Source: Bacilli bacterium (lineage in GTDB: Bacteria > Bacillota_I > Bacilli_A > RFN20 > CAG-826). From it: a stretch of 64,000 bases of DNA. Position 1 is the stretch's first letter, and each line of letters starts with the position of its first letter. The translations under genes were made by a program, and so were the position numbers. The DNA is taken from NCBI GenBank assembly GCA_034185265.1, contig JAXFZD010000006.1:6638-70637 (forward strand), in the 5' to 3' direction. Shown one piece after another: positions 46,186 through 56,148 of this stretch. The notes beneath the pieces were generated by a model. It was not told the DNA's origin. It ran no database searches and worked only from the letters and a program-made list of their open reading frames with translations.

Positions 46186-47703
46186 TTAAGATTTACCCTT
46201 TTTCTTCGGGAAGAGGGTATTTTTAAATCTCTTCATAAGTTTATTAACCGTTTCTTCCCTAAATAACATCATACATATAGCGTAAATTAATCCACCAAGA
46301 ACCAATAAAATAAGGAATAGAACGAGATTTCCAAATCTTCCTTCAAGGAGTTTTCCTATTCCAAATATTGCAACAAACATAATTAAAGATGCATCTAGAG
46401 CTTTAACAAAAGTAGATGCTGCGCCTTTATAATTAATTTGTTTTCCAGCAAAACCAACAAATAAGATAACTAAAACTAATTCAGTTAAAGTTGAAGCTAA
46501 AGCAGCCCCAGTTTGAGAGAATAGTTTAGTAAATACAATGGATAGTCCTAGGTTAATTAGTAAACCTGCGACTAAGAAAATACTTCTAAGCCACGTCTTC
46601 CCTTTAGGGACATAATAAACCGATCCTAGAATTGCATAGAAAGGAGAAAGCAGGATTTTTGGTCCTAAAATATAAAGAATATTTACTGCCCCAATATAGT
46701 CTTCTCCAAAGAATCCAGGGATAAAATATTTATTAATTCCCATTAAGCCAAAGAAGCACGGCAGAGCCAAAATAGAGTAGAATTGCAGGGTTTCTTTAAC
46801 TTTTGCGTTGATTTCTTTATAGTCCTTTTGTGCATAAAGGAAGCTCATTCTAGAAAGAGCAACCGCACTAGAAGCTGAGACAATAGAATAAACTACATTC
46901 AGCAATTTATCCGCAACTTCATAGTCTCCTGAAGCATTAGCATTTCCTAACATACTTCCTAAAACAGTTTTAGAAACTAAAGGAAGGAAGATTGTCGCTA
47001 AATAAGGAATCAAGAATGGAAGACATCCCGCAACGTGCCTCATAGGGTTAAATTTATGGAAATGGGGTCTATTTAAATATTTGTGAATGAAAACAAACAT
47101 TGATAATCCTGAAGCCGCAGAGCTTAAAGACATAATTAATACATATTTAAAATAGTCATTAGGTCCTTTAATAAATACGATGATTGCTACGAAATTTAAA
47201 ATTCTAACAATAATAGATCTTATAGAAATGGTCTTAAAGTTTTCTAAGCCCATATATAAGAAATTAATTTCTAAACATCCGCCAACTATAAATAAAGAAA
47301 GAGCATTAAATACTCTTCTATCATTTAATTCAAAGTCTGATGAATATAAGAAATTAGAATTTACTAAACCTAGATAAATGGCTAAAACAAAACAAGTTAT
47401 CGTTATTCTTACTGCAAATAGTTCATAGAAAAGTTCACTAGTTTTTGCTCGATCATTTCTGTGTTTTGCTAATAAATATGAGCCGTATTCAGTAAAACCG
47501 AATTGAGCAAAAGCAGCAAAATATGTAACTAAAGAAGAAGCGTAAGAGAAAGAACCCACGCCAGAACTAGTTAAACTTCTAGAAACATATGGAATTGTAA
47601 TTAATGGGATAAGTAAAACTAAAACATTGTAGATGGTATTGAACATAATGTTCGATGACATCGATGTTTGTACTTGTGCTGCTTTCTTTTTAAAAAGTCC
47701 CAT
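46186..47703 (-). CDS. polysaccharide flippase (Wzx/MOP superfamily)
   Basis: 505 aa, about 12-14 TM helices, polysaccharide-biosynthesis-protein family topology. Confidence 0.6.
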   Translation of the reverse strand: MGLFKKKAAQVQTSMSSNIMFNTIYNVLVLLIPLITIPYVSRSLTSSGVGSFSYASSLVTYFAAFAQFGFTEYGSYLLAKHRNDRAKTSELFYELFAVRITITCFVLAIYLGLVNSNFLYSSDFELNDRRVFNALSLFIVGGCLEINFLYMGLENFKTISIRSIIVRILNFVAIIVFIKGPNDYFKYVLIMSLSSAASGLSMFVFIHKYLNRPHFHKFNPMRHVAGCLPFLIPYLATIFLPLVSKTVLGSMLGNANASGDYEVADKLLNVVYSIVSASSAVALSRMSFLYAQKDYKEINAKVKETLQFYSILALPCFFGLMGINKYFIPGFFGEDYIGAVNILYILGPKILLSPFYAILGSVYYVPKGKTWLRSIFLVAGLLINLGLSIVFTKLFSQTGAALASTLTELVLVILFVGFAGKQINYKGAASTFVKALDASLIMFVAIFGIGKLLEGRFGNLVLFLILLVLGGLIYAICMMLFREETVNKLMKRFKNTLFPKKKGKS

Positions 47704-47758
47704 ACAAATTAAACTTTAAATAAACTACTACAAAAAAATAGTAAAGAAAATATTTTCT

Positions 47759-48847
47759 TTACTTAACTACCTTATTTCTTTCTTCTAAAAGCTCTTTAAT
47801 TAAGGCTGATTTAGTTCTATCACAGACTAAAATTTTGCCCTTATTACAAGCAATAATGCTGTTTTTTATTCCGATTAATCCTATTTCAACATCTTTTTCA
47901 GAAGAAACAACAATATTGTTATTTGAATCTACTTTGAAAAATAATGAATTTAGATTCACGTTGTTATCAACATCTTTTTCAAATAGTTTGAAGAATGCCT
48001 CAAATGAACCTACATCATCCCAATCAAAAGAAGAAGGAATTACATACACGTTTTCTGCCTTCTCCATGACCGCATAATCAATTGAAATTTTAGGCAGTTT
48101 TTCAAAAAAGAGGCGACACGTATATTCGTTTTCACTTAAATTTTCTAGACTTACGCTCTCACATAACTCACTAAAAACTTCATGATGGATTGGGGAATAT
48201 TTCTCAAAAGCATTCATTAAAACAGAATACTTAAAAATAAACATTCCTGAATTCCAGAGATATTCTTTTGACTCAAAATATTGTTTCGCAACTTCTAATT
48301 GGGGCTTTTCTTTGAAAGCTAAGCATTTAGTTTCTTCATTAACTTTTGGAGAAGAAACTTTGATATATCCATACTCTGTTCTAGGACTTGTTGGAAAGAT
48401 GCCAAGAGTAACAATCTCGTCATTTCCAGCGCTTTTAACCGCAATTTGCAGTGTTTTTCTGAAATTTTCTTCATCATTTATTAATTGATCTGATGCTAAA
48501 ACACAAATAATAGGATTATCAAATCTCTGCGCTATTAAAGAAGATCCAAAGCCAATAGCAGCAGCAGTATCTTTGAATAAAGGTTCTAGAATAATATTGG
48601 AATCTTTGATGTTTGGGCAAACTTCTTTAACTAATTGTTTTTGACTTTTGTTTGTTGCAATAAAAATATGATCAATATCAGTAAGAGGAAGAACTCTTTC
48701 AACGGCTTTGGTTAAAAGAGGCTTATCGGAAAATATTGATAAATACTGTTTAGGCTTTTCTTCAGTAGATAAAGGCCAAAATCTTTCACCCTTTCCACCG
48801 CACATTATTAGATATGCAACTTCAGACATGCAAGTATTATACCACAA
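47759..48847 (-). CDS. mannose-1-phosphate guanylyltransferase-like nucleotidyltransferase
   Basis: 362 aa. N-terminal MCGGKGERFWPLS nucleotidyltransferase motif, colinear with ManC/GMP. The likely start is the internal MSEVAYLIMCGG. Confidence 0.65.
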   Translation of the reverse strand: MWYNTCMSEVAYLIMCGGKGERFWPLSTEEKPKQYLSIFSDKPLLTKAVERVLPLTDIDHIFIATNKSQKQLVKEVCPNIKDSNIILEPLFKDTAAAIGFGSSLIAQRFDNPIICVLASDQLINDEENFRKTLQIAVKSAGNDEIVTLGIFPTSPRTEYGYIKVSSPKVNEETKCLAFKEKPQLEVAKQYFESKEYLWNSGMFIFKYSVLMNAFEKYSPIHHEVFSELCESVSLENLSENEYTCRLFFEKLPKISIDYAVMEKAENVYVIPSSFDWDDVGSFEAFFKLFEKDVDNNVNLNSLFFKVDSNNNIVVSSEKDVEIGLIGIKNSIIACNKGKILVCDRTKSALIKELLEERNKVVK

Positions 48848-48901
48848 TTAGGCAAACAAAAAACTTATCAGGTTTCCGATAAGCTTTTAGTTAATAATTA
48901 A

Positions 48902-49282
48902 TTACTTTTCGATTCTTACGACGATATGTTCGCCTTCAGCTGTATCGATAGAGAATAAATCTCCTTCAAGACCCATTCTGACAAGACCAATAACTGTTTT
49001 AAAATCAATATCTCTTAAGATTTTAGAAGAAGAAACAGCAGCATTTGTTCTTGTTTTTGCTAAATCGTTAGCTAAGGACATTGGTAAACCAAATGTAACA
49101 ACACTTCCATCTTGGTTAGTTGTAATTACACGTAATACCATGCGGTTAACAGAAGCTTTACCTGGCTTCTTACCTGTATATCTAGCAACTGGTAAAGGAA
49201 GAGTATTTCCAGTAACCATAGGTGCTTTAATTTCTTTGTTTTCAACAGGGTTTACTAATTCGACATCATTTTCCATAATCAT
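48902..49282 (-). CDS. hypothetical protein
   Basis: 126-aa ORF with a clean intergenic context. No motif recognised. Confidence 0.4.
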   Translation of the reverse strand: MIMENDVELVNPVENKEIKAPMVTGNTLPLPVARYTGKKPGKASVNRMVLRVITTNQDGSVVTFGLPMSLANDLAKTRTNAAVSSSKILRDIDFKTVIGLVRMGLEGDLFSIDTAEGEHIVVRIEK

Positions 49283-49474
49283 TCTCCAAAAAATCTAGAA
49301 AGATTTTAAACCTAATTGACAACTTATTCGATAAAAAAATTATATTTTTTGCATTTTTTTACAACTTTCTACATTACTCAGCAGTTTTACCCCATATTTT
49401 GCCCCATATTTTTGACTTCAAAGTATAGATTATTTCGCATTTTCAGTTAAAATTAACTATATAAGGAAGTAGAT

Positions 49475-49942
49475 ATGGAAGAAATTAAGTGCCTTAGATT
49501 TAGGTTGATAATGAAGATTATGGAACCTTATTTTGCTAGCAAAAGAATAAAACTCCTTCATTCAAACTATGGTTTTATTGTTTTTACTACAGAAAAAATG
49601 CATGAAAGATTTAAAAATCAAGGGAACGGTCAGTGGCAAGATATTAAGGATCTTTTCTACTTCTCTTTAAGTTTTAATGCTGAAAATAGAGGCAATATGA
49701 TTGAGCTTTTCTGCTATGCTGATGCTCCTATTAGAGAAGCGTGGAACGAAAAATTAGCAGGAAGAGGCCAACTTTATTCCCGTTACACAAAAAGAGGATT
49801 TGACTCCTTCTACCAACTAGAAATTATCCCTGAAAGAGAAAATCCTGCTCTAATAAATGAAAACACAAGAAAGCTAGCTAATGATTTAATTTGGTTTTTA
49901 GATAACAAAATTATTGAAATAGAAAATATATTGCTTAATTAA
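49475..49942 (+). CDS. hypothetical protein upstream of the ABC transporter pair
   Basis: 155 aa. 9-nt gap to the ABC ATPase gene suggests co-transcription. Confidence 0.35.
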   Translation: MEEIKCLRFRLIMKIMEPYFASKRIKLLHSNYGFIVFTTEKMHERFKNQGNGQWQDIKDLFYFSLSFNAENRGNMIELFCYADAPIREAWNEKLAGRGQLYSRYTKRGFDSFYQLEIIPERENPALINENTRKLANDLIWFLDNKIIEIENILLN

Positions 49943-49951
49943 TTTAATATC

Positions 49952-50692
49952 TTGTCTAAAGACAATCTCTCCTTTAGACTATTGCCCGTGGAATATGTAA
50001 TTCAGGCAAAAAATTTATCTAAGATTTATAAAGTTGGAGACTCTGAAGTTAAAGCTCTAAACGGAGTTTCTTTTAACATTAAACAAGGCGAATTAGCGGT
50101 TATTTTAGGTCCTTCTGGAGCTGGAAAAACTACTTTATTAAATCTTCTAGGAGGTATGGATACCATCACTTCAGGAGAATTAATCGTAGATAAAGAAGAT
50201 GTAAGTAAATTCGATAAAAAGGCTCTAACTTACTATAGAAGAAATAAAATCGGCTTCGTTTTCCAATTCTATAATTTAATGCCTAATTTAACCGCGTTAG
50301 AAAACATTGAACTTGCTACTGAACTTAAAAGCGATGCTCTTTCCCCTGCTAAAACACTAGAAATGGTTGGACTAAAAGAAAGAAAAGATAATTTTCCAGC
50401 TCAACTTTCTGGAGGAGAACAGCAAAGAGTATCTATTGCTAGAGCTTTAGCAAAAAATCCTTCATTTATTCTTTGTGATGAACCTACTGGAGCCCTAGAT
50501 TATCAAACAGGAAAAGATATTTTAAAGCTTCTTCAAGATGCTGCAGTCAAAAAAAATAAAACTGTTTTAATTGTTACTCATAATAGTTCTTTAAAAGAAA
50601 TGGCTAATCACCTTCTTACAATTAAAAATGGAGAGATTATTGAGGATAAATACAATCCAAATCCAAAAGACATTAAGGATATTGAATGGTGA
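49952..50692 (+). CDS. ABC transporter ATP-binding protein (MacB/LolD/BceA-like)
   Basis: 246 aa. Walker [10 protein letters not shown], signature LSGGEQQRV, Walker [12 protein letters not shown]. Confidence 0.85.
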   Translation: MSKDNLSFRLLPVEYVIQAKNLSKIYKVGDSEVKALNGVSFNIKQGELAVILGPSGAGKTTLLNLLGGMDTITSGELIVDKEDVSKFDKKALTYYRRNKIGFVFQFYNLMPNLTALENIELATELKSDALSPAKTLEMVGLKERKDNFPAQLSGGEQQRVSIARALAKNPSFILCDEPTGALDYQTGKDILKLLQDAAVKKNKTVLIVTHNSSLKEMANHLLTIKNGEIIEDKYNPNPKDIKDIEW

Positions 50693-52551
50693 AAAAAGCT
50701 TTCTTTAAAACCACTATACGAATGTTTGTTTCAAACAAAGCAAGGTTTATTGCAAACTTTTTTATAGTATTCCTTTCTGTTGCTATTACTTCTGGATTAG
50801 GAGGATTAGTTCCAACTTATAATGAATCATTTGCAACTGTTTATAAAGAAGGAAATGCTTTTGATATTGACTTAAAAACTAAAGTTGAAGATGGATTCTC
50901 TGACCAAGATATAAATAAAGCAAAAACTATCGAAAACCTCGCAGAACTCAGTTATTTTTCTCAATTTGACCTAGAACAAACAGATAAAAACTCAAGAATT
51001 TATTTTATAGATTTCAATAATTTTCCTATCTCTACTTTATCTATTGATAGCGGAGATTATCCTAGCGATTATCTTAGAGAAGTCGTTGTAGAAAGATCTT
51101 CTCTTAACTTAAAAAAATATGAAATTGGGGATTTAGTAGATCTTGATTTCTCTTCTTTTGATATGGGGAGTTCTTTACCTAGTAAATTATCTTTTGAAGT
51201 AACTGGGGTAGTTCATAACTCAATCTATAATTCAGTTAGTAAAGAAAGAGCTAACTTTGAAAATGAAGAAAAATATCTAAATGAAATAATCTATATAGAT
51301 GCTAAATATTTAGCTCTTATTAAGAAATTTGGAATTAACTTTCCAATCACTGATATCTATCTTAGATTCAATATAGATCATAATTATCTATCTGAGTCTT
51401 ATGACAATAAAACTGCGATGATTGCTAAAGAAATTGAATCTCTTTATGGAACAGATAAAGTCAAAGCTCTAACTTTAAAAGAAACCACATCTTATGGATT
51501 ATTTTCTAATTATGGCAATAAAATAACTCGAATCAGTTATGTTTTCCCATTTTTCTTTATTGTTTTATGCATGCTAGTCAATGTTTTAATTATTACTAGA
51601 TTAATTAAAGATGAACGTTCTCAAATAGGCTGTTTCCATTCTATTGGAGTTTCTAAACATTCAATTGTGCGTCGATATGTATATTTCTCGCTTATTTCTA
51701 CAATTTTAGGAGCTGCGGCTGGATATATTTGTGGGACTCCATTCATCCCTAAGCTTATTTATAGTACGTTCTGCGCAGTATTCTACATGGGCCCAAATCT
51801 AATTAATTTCTTATCCGTAATTGGAATTGCGGTAAGTGGAATTATTTTATTAGTTTCTTGTCTAGCTGGTGGAATTTATGCAGTTTCTTATCTAAAAGAA
51901 ACACCAAGTGCTCTATTTAGACCTCAAACAGCAAAGCCAGGAAAGAAGATTATTTTAGAAAAAATCTCACTAATTTGGTCAAAACTTAAATTTTCTTATA
52001 AATCTAGCCTTCGTAATATCTTTAGACAAAAGAAGAACTTTGTTCTTACAACGATGTCAATTATGGGCTCTACACTGCTAGTTTTAATTGGCTTTGGTCT
52101 TCTAGATGTTTCTGGAGATCTAGCAAATGACTCTACTTATGGAAATGTAGCAAAAACTATGTCAGGAATTTCTTTTGTCATCGTAGCTTTTGCGTTACTT
52201 ATGTCTATTACGGTCATTTATGCCTTAACTAGTATGAATATTTCAGATAGAGTAAGAGAATTAGCTACCTTAAAAGTTTTAGGTTATAACGAAAGAGAAT
52301 GTTCAAATTATGCCTTTAGGGAAATCTTAATTATTGCGATCATTGCTGTGTTTTTAGGTTTGCCTATGTCTACAGGCATTATTGCTTGGGTATTAGAATT
52401 CCTAGGATTTGGAAATATAGGAGACCTAAAATGGTATTCTTATGTCCTTACTGTAGTCATCATTATTGCTTCAACTTATATCGTAAATATTCTTTTAAAA
52501 CGTAAAATTAGAGCAATTGATATGAATGGATCATTAAAATCAATTGAATAA
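50686..52551 (+). CDS. ABC transporter permease, FtsX-like family (two FtsX-type TM bundles, large N-proximal extracellular domain)
   Basis: 621 aa. TM1, then an extracellular domain of about 240 aa, then two 3-4-helix bundles. Overlaps the ATPase gene by 7 nt. Confidence 0.75.
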   Translation: MVKKAFFKTTIRMFVSNKARFIANFFIVFLSVAITSGLGGLVPTYNESFATVYKEGNAFDIDLKTKVEDGFSDQDINKAKTIENLAELSYFSQFDLEQTDKNSRIYFIDFNNFPISTLSIDSGDYPSDYLREVVVERSSLNLKKYEIGDLVDLDFSSFDMGSSLPSKLSFEVTGVVHNSIYNSVSKERANFENEEKYLNEIIYIDAKYLALIKKFGINFPITDIYLRFNIDHNYLSESYDNKTAMIAKEIESLYGTDKVKALTLKETTSYGLFSNYGNKITRISYVFPFFFIVLCMLVNVLIITRLIKDERSQIGCFHSIGVSKHSIVRRYVYFSLISTILGAAAGYICGTPFIPKLIYSTFCAVFYMGPNLINFLSVIGIAVSGIILLVSCLAGGIYAVSYLKETPSALFRPQTAKPGKKIILEKISLIWSKLKFSYKSSLRNIFRQKKNFVLTTMSIMGSTLLVLIGFGLLDVSGDLANDSTYGNVAKTMSGISFVIVAFALLMSITVIYALTSMNISDRVRELATLKVLGYNERECSNYAFREILIIAIIAVFLGLPMSTGIIAWVLEFLGFGNIGDLKWYSYVLTVVIIIASTYIVNILLKRKIRAIDMNGSLKSIE

Positions 52552-52586
52552 TTGACTTTAACCCCTCTTCTTTCTACACTTTATCT

Positions 52587-53738
52587 ATGGAAATTGAGAA
52601 CGAAAAAATTATTTTAACTGGTGATAGACCTACTGGAAGACTCCATATTGGCCATTATGTAGGTTCTTTAAGACGTAGAGTTGAACTTCAAAAAGAAGGT
52701 GATTATGACGAAATGTATATCATGATTGCTGATACTCAAGCACTTACAGACCATGCAGGAAATGTAGAAAAAGTCAGAGAAAATGTCATTCAAGTCGCTC
52801 TAGACTACCTTTCTTGTGGCTTAGATCCAGAAAAAGTAACAATATTTGTTCAATCTAGAGTACCTGCTTTATTTGAGATAACTTGCTACTTTTTAGACTT
52901 AGTTACTCTTTCTAGACTTGAAAGAAATCCTACTGTCAAAGCTGAACTTCAACAAAAGAATTTTGCAGAATCTATTCCAGTAGGATTCTTAACTTATCCA
53001 ATTTCTCAAGCAGCCGATATTCTCACTTTCGGAACCACTATTGTTCCCGTAGGGGAAGATCAAAAGCCAATGATTGAGCAAGCTAATGAGATAGTACATA
53101 AATTTAATTCAATGTACGGAGAAGTCTTTAGAGAATGTAAAGCGGTCGTTCCAGAGAACCAAAGTAGCAAGAGATTACCTGGTACAGACGGTAAAGCAAA
53201 GATGTCAAAATCTGTAGGAAACTGCATATACTTGTCAGATGATGAAAAAACACTGAACAAAAAAGTTATGTCAATGTTCACAGATCCTACTCATCTTTCT
53301 CCTTCTGACCCAGGACATACAGAAAATAATCCGGTCTTTATTTATCTAGATGCTTTTGCAACTGACGGGCACTTTAAAGAATTCTTACCCGAATATAAAA
53401 ATCTAGAAGAAATGAAAGCTCACTATGAAAGAGGCGGTCTTGGAGATGTCGTCTGCAAACGTTTCTTGTTCAATGTCTTAAATAGCATTCTCAAACCAAT
53501 TAGAGAAAGAAGATATGAATTAGAAAAAGACATTAGCAAAATTTATGAGATACTAGAAAGAGGTTGCCAAAAAGCTAATGAGAGAGCAAACGTCTATGCA
53601 GCTAGAGCTAGAAGAGCAATTGGAATTAATTATTTCGAAAATAAAAAGTTCATTGAAAAACAACAAAAAGAAATCAATAAAGATCATAAAGCAAAAGAAG
53701 AACTTGAAGCTTACTTAGCAAAACAAAAAAAGAGTTAA
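52587..53738 (+). CDS. trpS: tryptophan--tRNA ligase
   Basis: 383 aa. HIGH motif GRLHIGHY, KMSKS motif KMSKSVGN, C-terminal K/E-rich tail. Confidence 0.9.
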   Translation: MEIENEKIILTGDRPTGRLHIGHYVGSLRRRVELQKEGDYDEMYIMIADTQALTDHAGNVEKVRENVIQVALDYLSCGLDPEKVTIFVQSRVPALFEITCYFLDLVTLSRLERNPTVKAELQQKNFAESIPVGFLTYPISQAADILTFGTTIVPVGEDQKPMIEQANEIVHKFNSMYGEVFRECKAVVPENQSSKRLPGTDGKAKMSKSVGNCIYLSDDEKTLNKKVMSMFTDPTHLSPSDPGHTENNPVFIYLDAFATDGHFKEFLPEYKNLEEMKAHYERGGLGDVVCKRFLFNVLNSILKPIRERRYELEKDISKIYEILERGCQKANERANVYAARARRAIGINYFENKKFIEKQQKEINKDHKAKEELEAYLAKQKKS

Positions 53739-53739
53739 C

Positions 53740-54384
53740 CTAGTTGTGATTAACTCTTTTTATTAACTCTCCAATACTGAATTTTTCTTCTTTAACTTCA
53801 TCTATTTTCTTATTACTTACGACACATAAAGAATACTGATTTCCTCTGTTTTCTAAAAATTTATGTGAGAAATACAGTGTTTTTTCATAAAATGACACTG
53901 TATTATCATCTATTAAAAAACATTTATCTTCCTTAGGATTTGTTATTCCCTTACCATTTGCTTTCGCGCAGGCTTCTTTTAAAGTCCAAATCTTAAAGAA
54001 GTCTTTTTCATCTTTTACATACTCTTTTTCTTCTGCAGCAAGAGAATAATCAATTAGGTCTTTTTTAATTTCTTTAACTTTCTCTAAGTCAATTCCTACT
54101 TCATCTTTTTTAGATAAAACTAGCCCAACAATATTTCCTGAATGAGACAAATTAAAGAATAATTTCTCATCTACATATGTTTTACCGAACTTATTTATCT
54201 TTATTTCATAAGGAACATATAGTCTTTCTAAAAGCCCGCAAGCTAAACAATTTATTTTATCTTCTTCTTTTAAATATCTTCTAGTCCTTTCTTTTCTATA
54301 ACTGGAGATTAAATTAAAGGCTTCAAAAAAAGAAAAATCGTTAATGCTAGTATCAACTAAAATGATTTTTAATGAATTATTCAT
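53740..54384 (-). CDS. 4-prime-phosphopantetheinyl transferase, Sfp/EntD type
   Basis: 214 aa. PPTase motif 2 VGIDLE and motif 3 WTLKEACAKANGKG. N-terminal half resembles the Sfp pseudo-dimer fold. Confidence 0.7.
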   Translation of the reverse strand: MNNSLKIILVDTSINDFSFFEAFNLISSYRKERTRRYLKEEDKINCLACGLLERLYVPYEIKINKFGKTYVDEKLFFNLSHSGNIVGLVLSKKDEVGIDLEKVKEIKKDLIDYSLAAEEKEYVKDEKDFFKIWTLKEACAKANGKGITNPKEDKCFLIDDNTVSFYEKTLYFSHKFLENRGNQYSLCVVSNKKIDEVKEEKFSIGELIKRVNHN

Positions 54385-55514
54385 TATTTAATTAAACTCA
54401 TGGGTCCTTCTTGATAGACATCAAGGTTCTCATTTTTATATGTTCTTTCTAAAATATCAGCTAATCTTTCACCAGCTATTTGATAGTTCCAAGTCTCTTT
54501 TACAGTTGAAATACCTTTTTGTTTAATCTTATTAAACTTCGCTTTATCAAAGAATAAATCATATGCTTCTAAACATTTTTGAATGAATTCTTCTTCGCCT
54601 TTAAATAAGATTGAATTTTCTTTATCTACGCAGAATAAATTAGTTGCCCCAGCTTCAGTAGAAGCAATTCCAACGCATCCACAGCTCATAGCTTCTGCTA
54701 AAGTTGATCCATAGCCTTCTCTTCTATCAGAGGTGAAACAGAAGAAGTCGTTTGAATAATAGTAATTTTTAACTTTATCAGCGCTGCACGGAGGATAAAA
54801 ACTTATATAATCCTCTAGCTGATTTTCTATAACTTTTTGTTTACATAAGTCTAGTATTTCACCTTCTCCAATTAGGTTAAACCTTGCAGATTTCCCCTCT
54901 TTTTTAAATTTTTGGGCACAACTGATCATATATTCAGCATGTTTCCAGTGGATAAATCTACCTAAATATAAGAAATTAGGAATCTCATTTTCTTCTCTTT
55001 GTTCAATTGGTTCTAAAACAAAAGCAGGATAATAGCCAAACTTAAAATATTTTCTAGATGAATAATGTTTTTCTGTCTTTTCTATATCTTCTTTTGCAAA
55101 GCTAGAAGCACATAAGAAATATTGATTCTTGTTGTGACCAGTTCTCAAATATTTTCTTGCACGCAAGTATTTAGCCACAGTCCAAGATAATTTATAGTCT
55201 TTATAAAGTCTTTCCATGTACCAGAAAACAATTCTTTTTGCTTTCAATGCTTTTTTAATAGAAGCAACTCCTTGAGAATAAGAAACTATAATTACATCCG
55301 AATTTAACGTGATGTCCTCGCTCTTTTTATGTTCTGGATCATAATCTTCAACTATATAAGGTCTTTGAGTTTGCTGATAACCTAGAGATTTTCTCTCCAG
55401 AGTAAGTTCTTCCTGACATAAGAAAGTAAAATCATCTTTAAAGTGCTCATAAAGAATATCGGCAATCCCAAGAAGATGATGGGACATAAAATTTGTAACG
55501 AAAGTCACTTTCAT
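54384..55514 (-). CDS. glycosyltransferase family 4 (GT-B)
   Basis: 376 aa. C-terminal EX7E-type motif GYGSTLAEAMSCGCVGIAST. Confidence 0.75.
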   Translation of the reverse strand: MKVTFVTNFMSHHLLGIADILYEHFKDDFTFLCQEELTLERKSLGYQQTQRPYIVEDYDPEHKKSEDITLNSDVIIVSYSQGVASIKKALKAKRIVFWYMERLYKDYKLSWTVAKYLRARKYLRTGHNKNQYFLCASSFAKEDIEKTEKHYSSRKYFKFGYYPAFVLEPIEQREENEIPNFLYLGRFIHWKHAEYMISCAQKFKKEGKSARFNLIGEGEILDLCKQKVIENQLEDYISFYPPCSADKVKNYYYSNDFFCFTSDRREGYGSTLAEAMSCGCVGIASTEAGATNLFCVDKENSILFKGEEEFIQKCLEAYDLFFDKAKFNKIKQKGISTVKETWNYQIAGERLADILERTYKNENLDVYQEGPMSLIK

Positions 55515-56125
55515 TCTTTTCTTTTTATTTCTCCTGAAATTTGTTTGGCTAAACTATCAATATCTAGGTCAGTTGTGTTAATTAACAGGTCATAGTTAAG
55601 TCTATCGCCCCAATCTTTTCCAGAGAAGAATTCGTAATAATCTCTTCTTTTTCTATCAATAGAGCGGATTTTTCTAGCAAGTTGTCTATCTGTTAAATTA
55701 GATACATCGTCTTCTTGACCTTTCTCTCTACATCTTTTTATTTTATATTCCATAGATGCATAGACAAATATTCTTAAAGGTTTAAATTCTTCTAAAATAT
55801 AGTCAGCAGCTCTACCAATAATTACGCAATCCCCTTTTTTAGCTAAATCAGTTAAGATTGCTTTAGTAGCTTCAAAAATATCTAAAGACAAAGCTAAATT
55901 AGCGTCGGTTTTTTCATTAGAAAAACTAACACCTAATTTAACCGGGAATAAAGGCATTGGTTTAGTTTCACCAAAATGTTCTATATATCCATAGCTATAT
56001 TTTGTCTTCTTACTTATCTCGACTAAAATCTCTTTATCATAATAAGGAATTTTTAATTCTTCAGCGATTTTTCTTCCTAATTCTCTTCCGCCACTAGAGA
56101 ACTCTCTACCAATTGTAATGATCAT
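55511..56125 (-). CDS. cytidylate-kinase-like family protein (as found in capsule loci)
   Basis: 204 aa. N-terminal IITIGREFSSGGRELGRKIAEEL P-loop-like start characteristic of this family. Confidence 0.55.
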   Translation of the reverse strand: MIITIGREFSSGGRELGRKIAEELKIPYYDKEILVEISKKTKYSYGYIEHFGETKPMPLFPVKLGVSFSNEKTDANLALSLDIFEATKAILTDLAKKGDCVIIGRAADYILEEFKPLRIFVYASMEYKIKRCREKGQEDDVSNLTDRQLARKIRSIDRKRRDYYEFFSGKDWGDRLNYDLLINTTDLDIDSLAKQISGEIKRKE

Positions 56126-56148
56126 AATTCACCTCCCCATTATGAATT

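Noticed and set aside
52552-52586. T-box riboswitch upstream of trpS
   Set aside because: The gap to the upstream ABC permease gene is only 35 nt, which leaves no room for a T-box leader of about 200-300 nt. trpS is probably read through or uses a short promoter.
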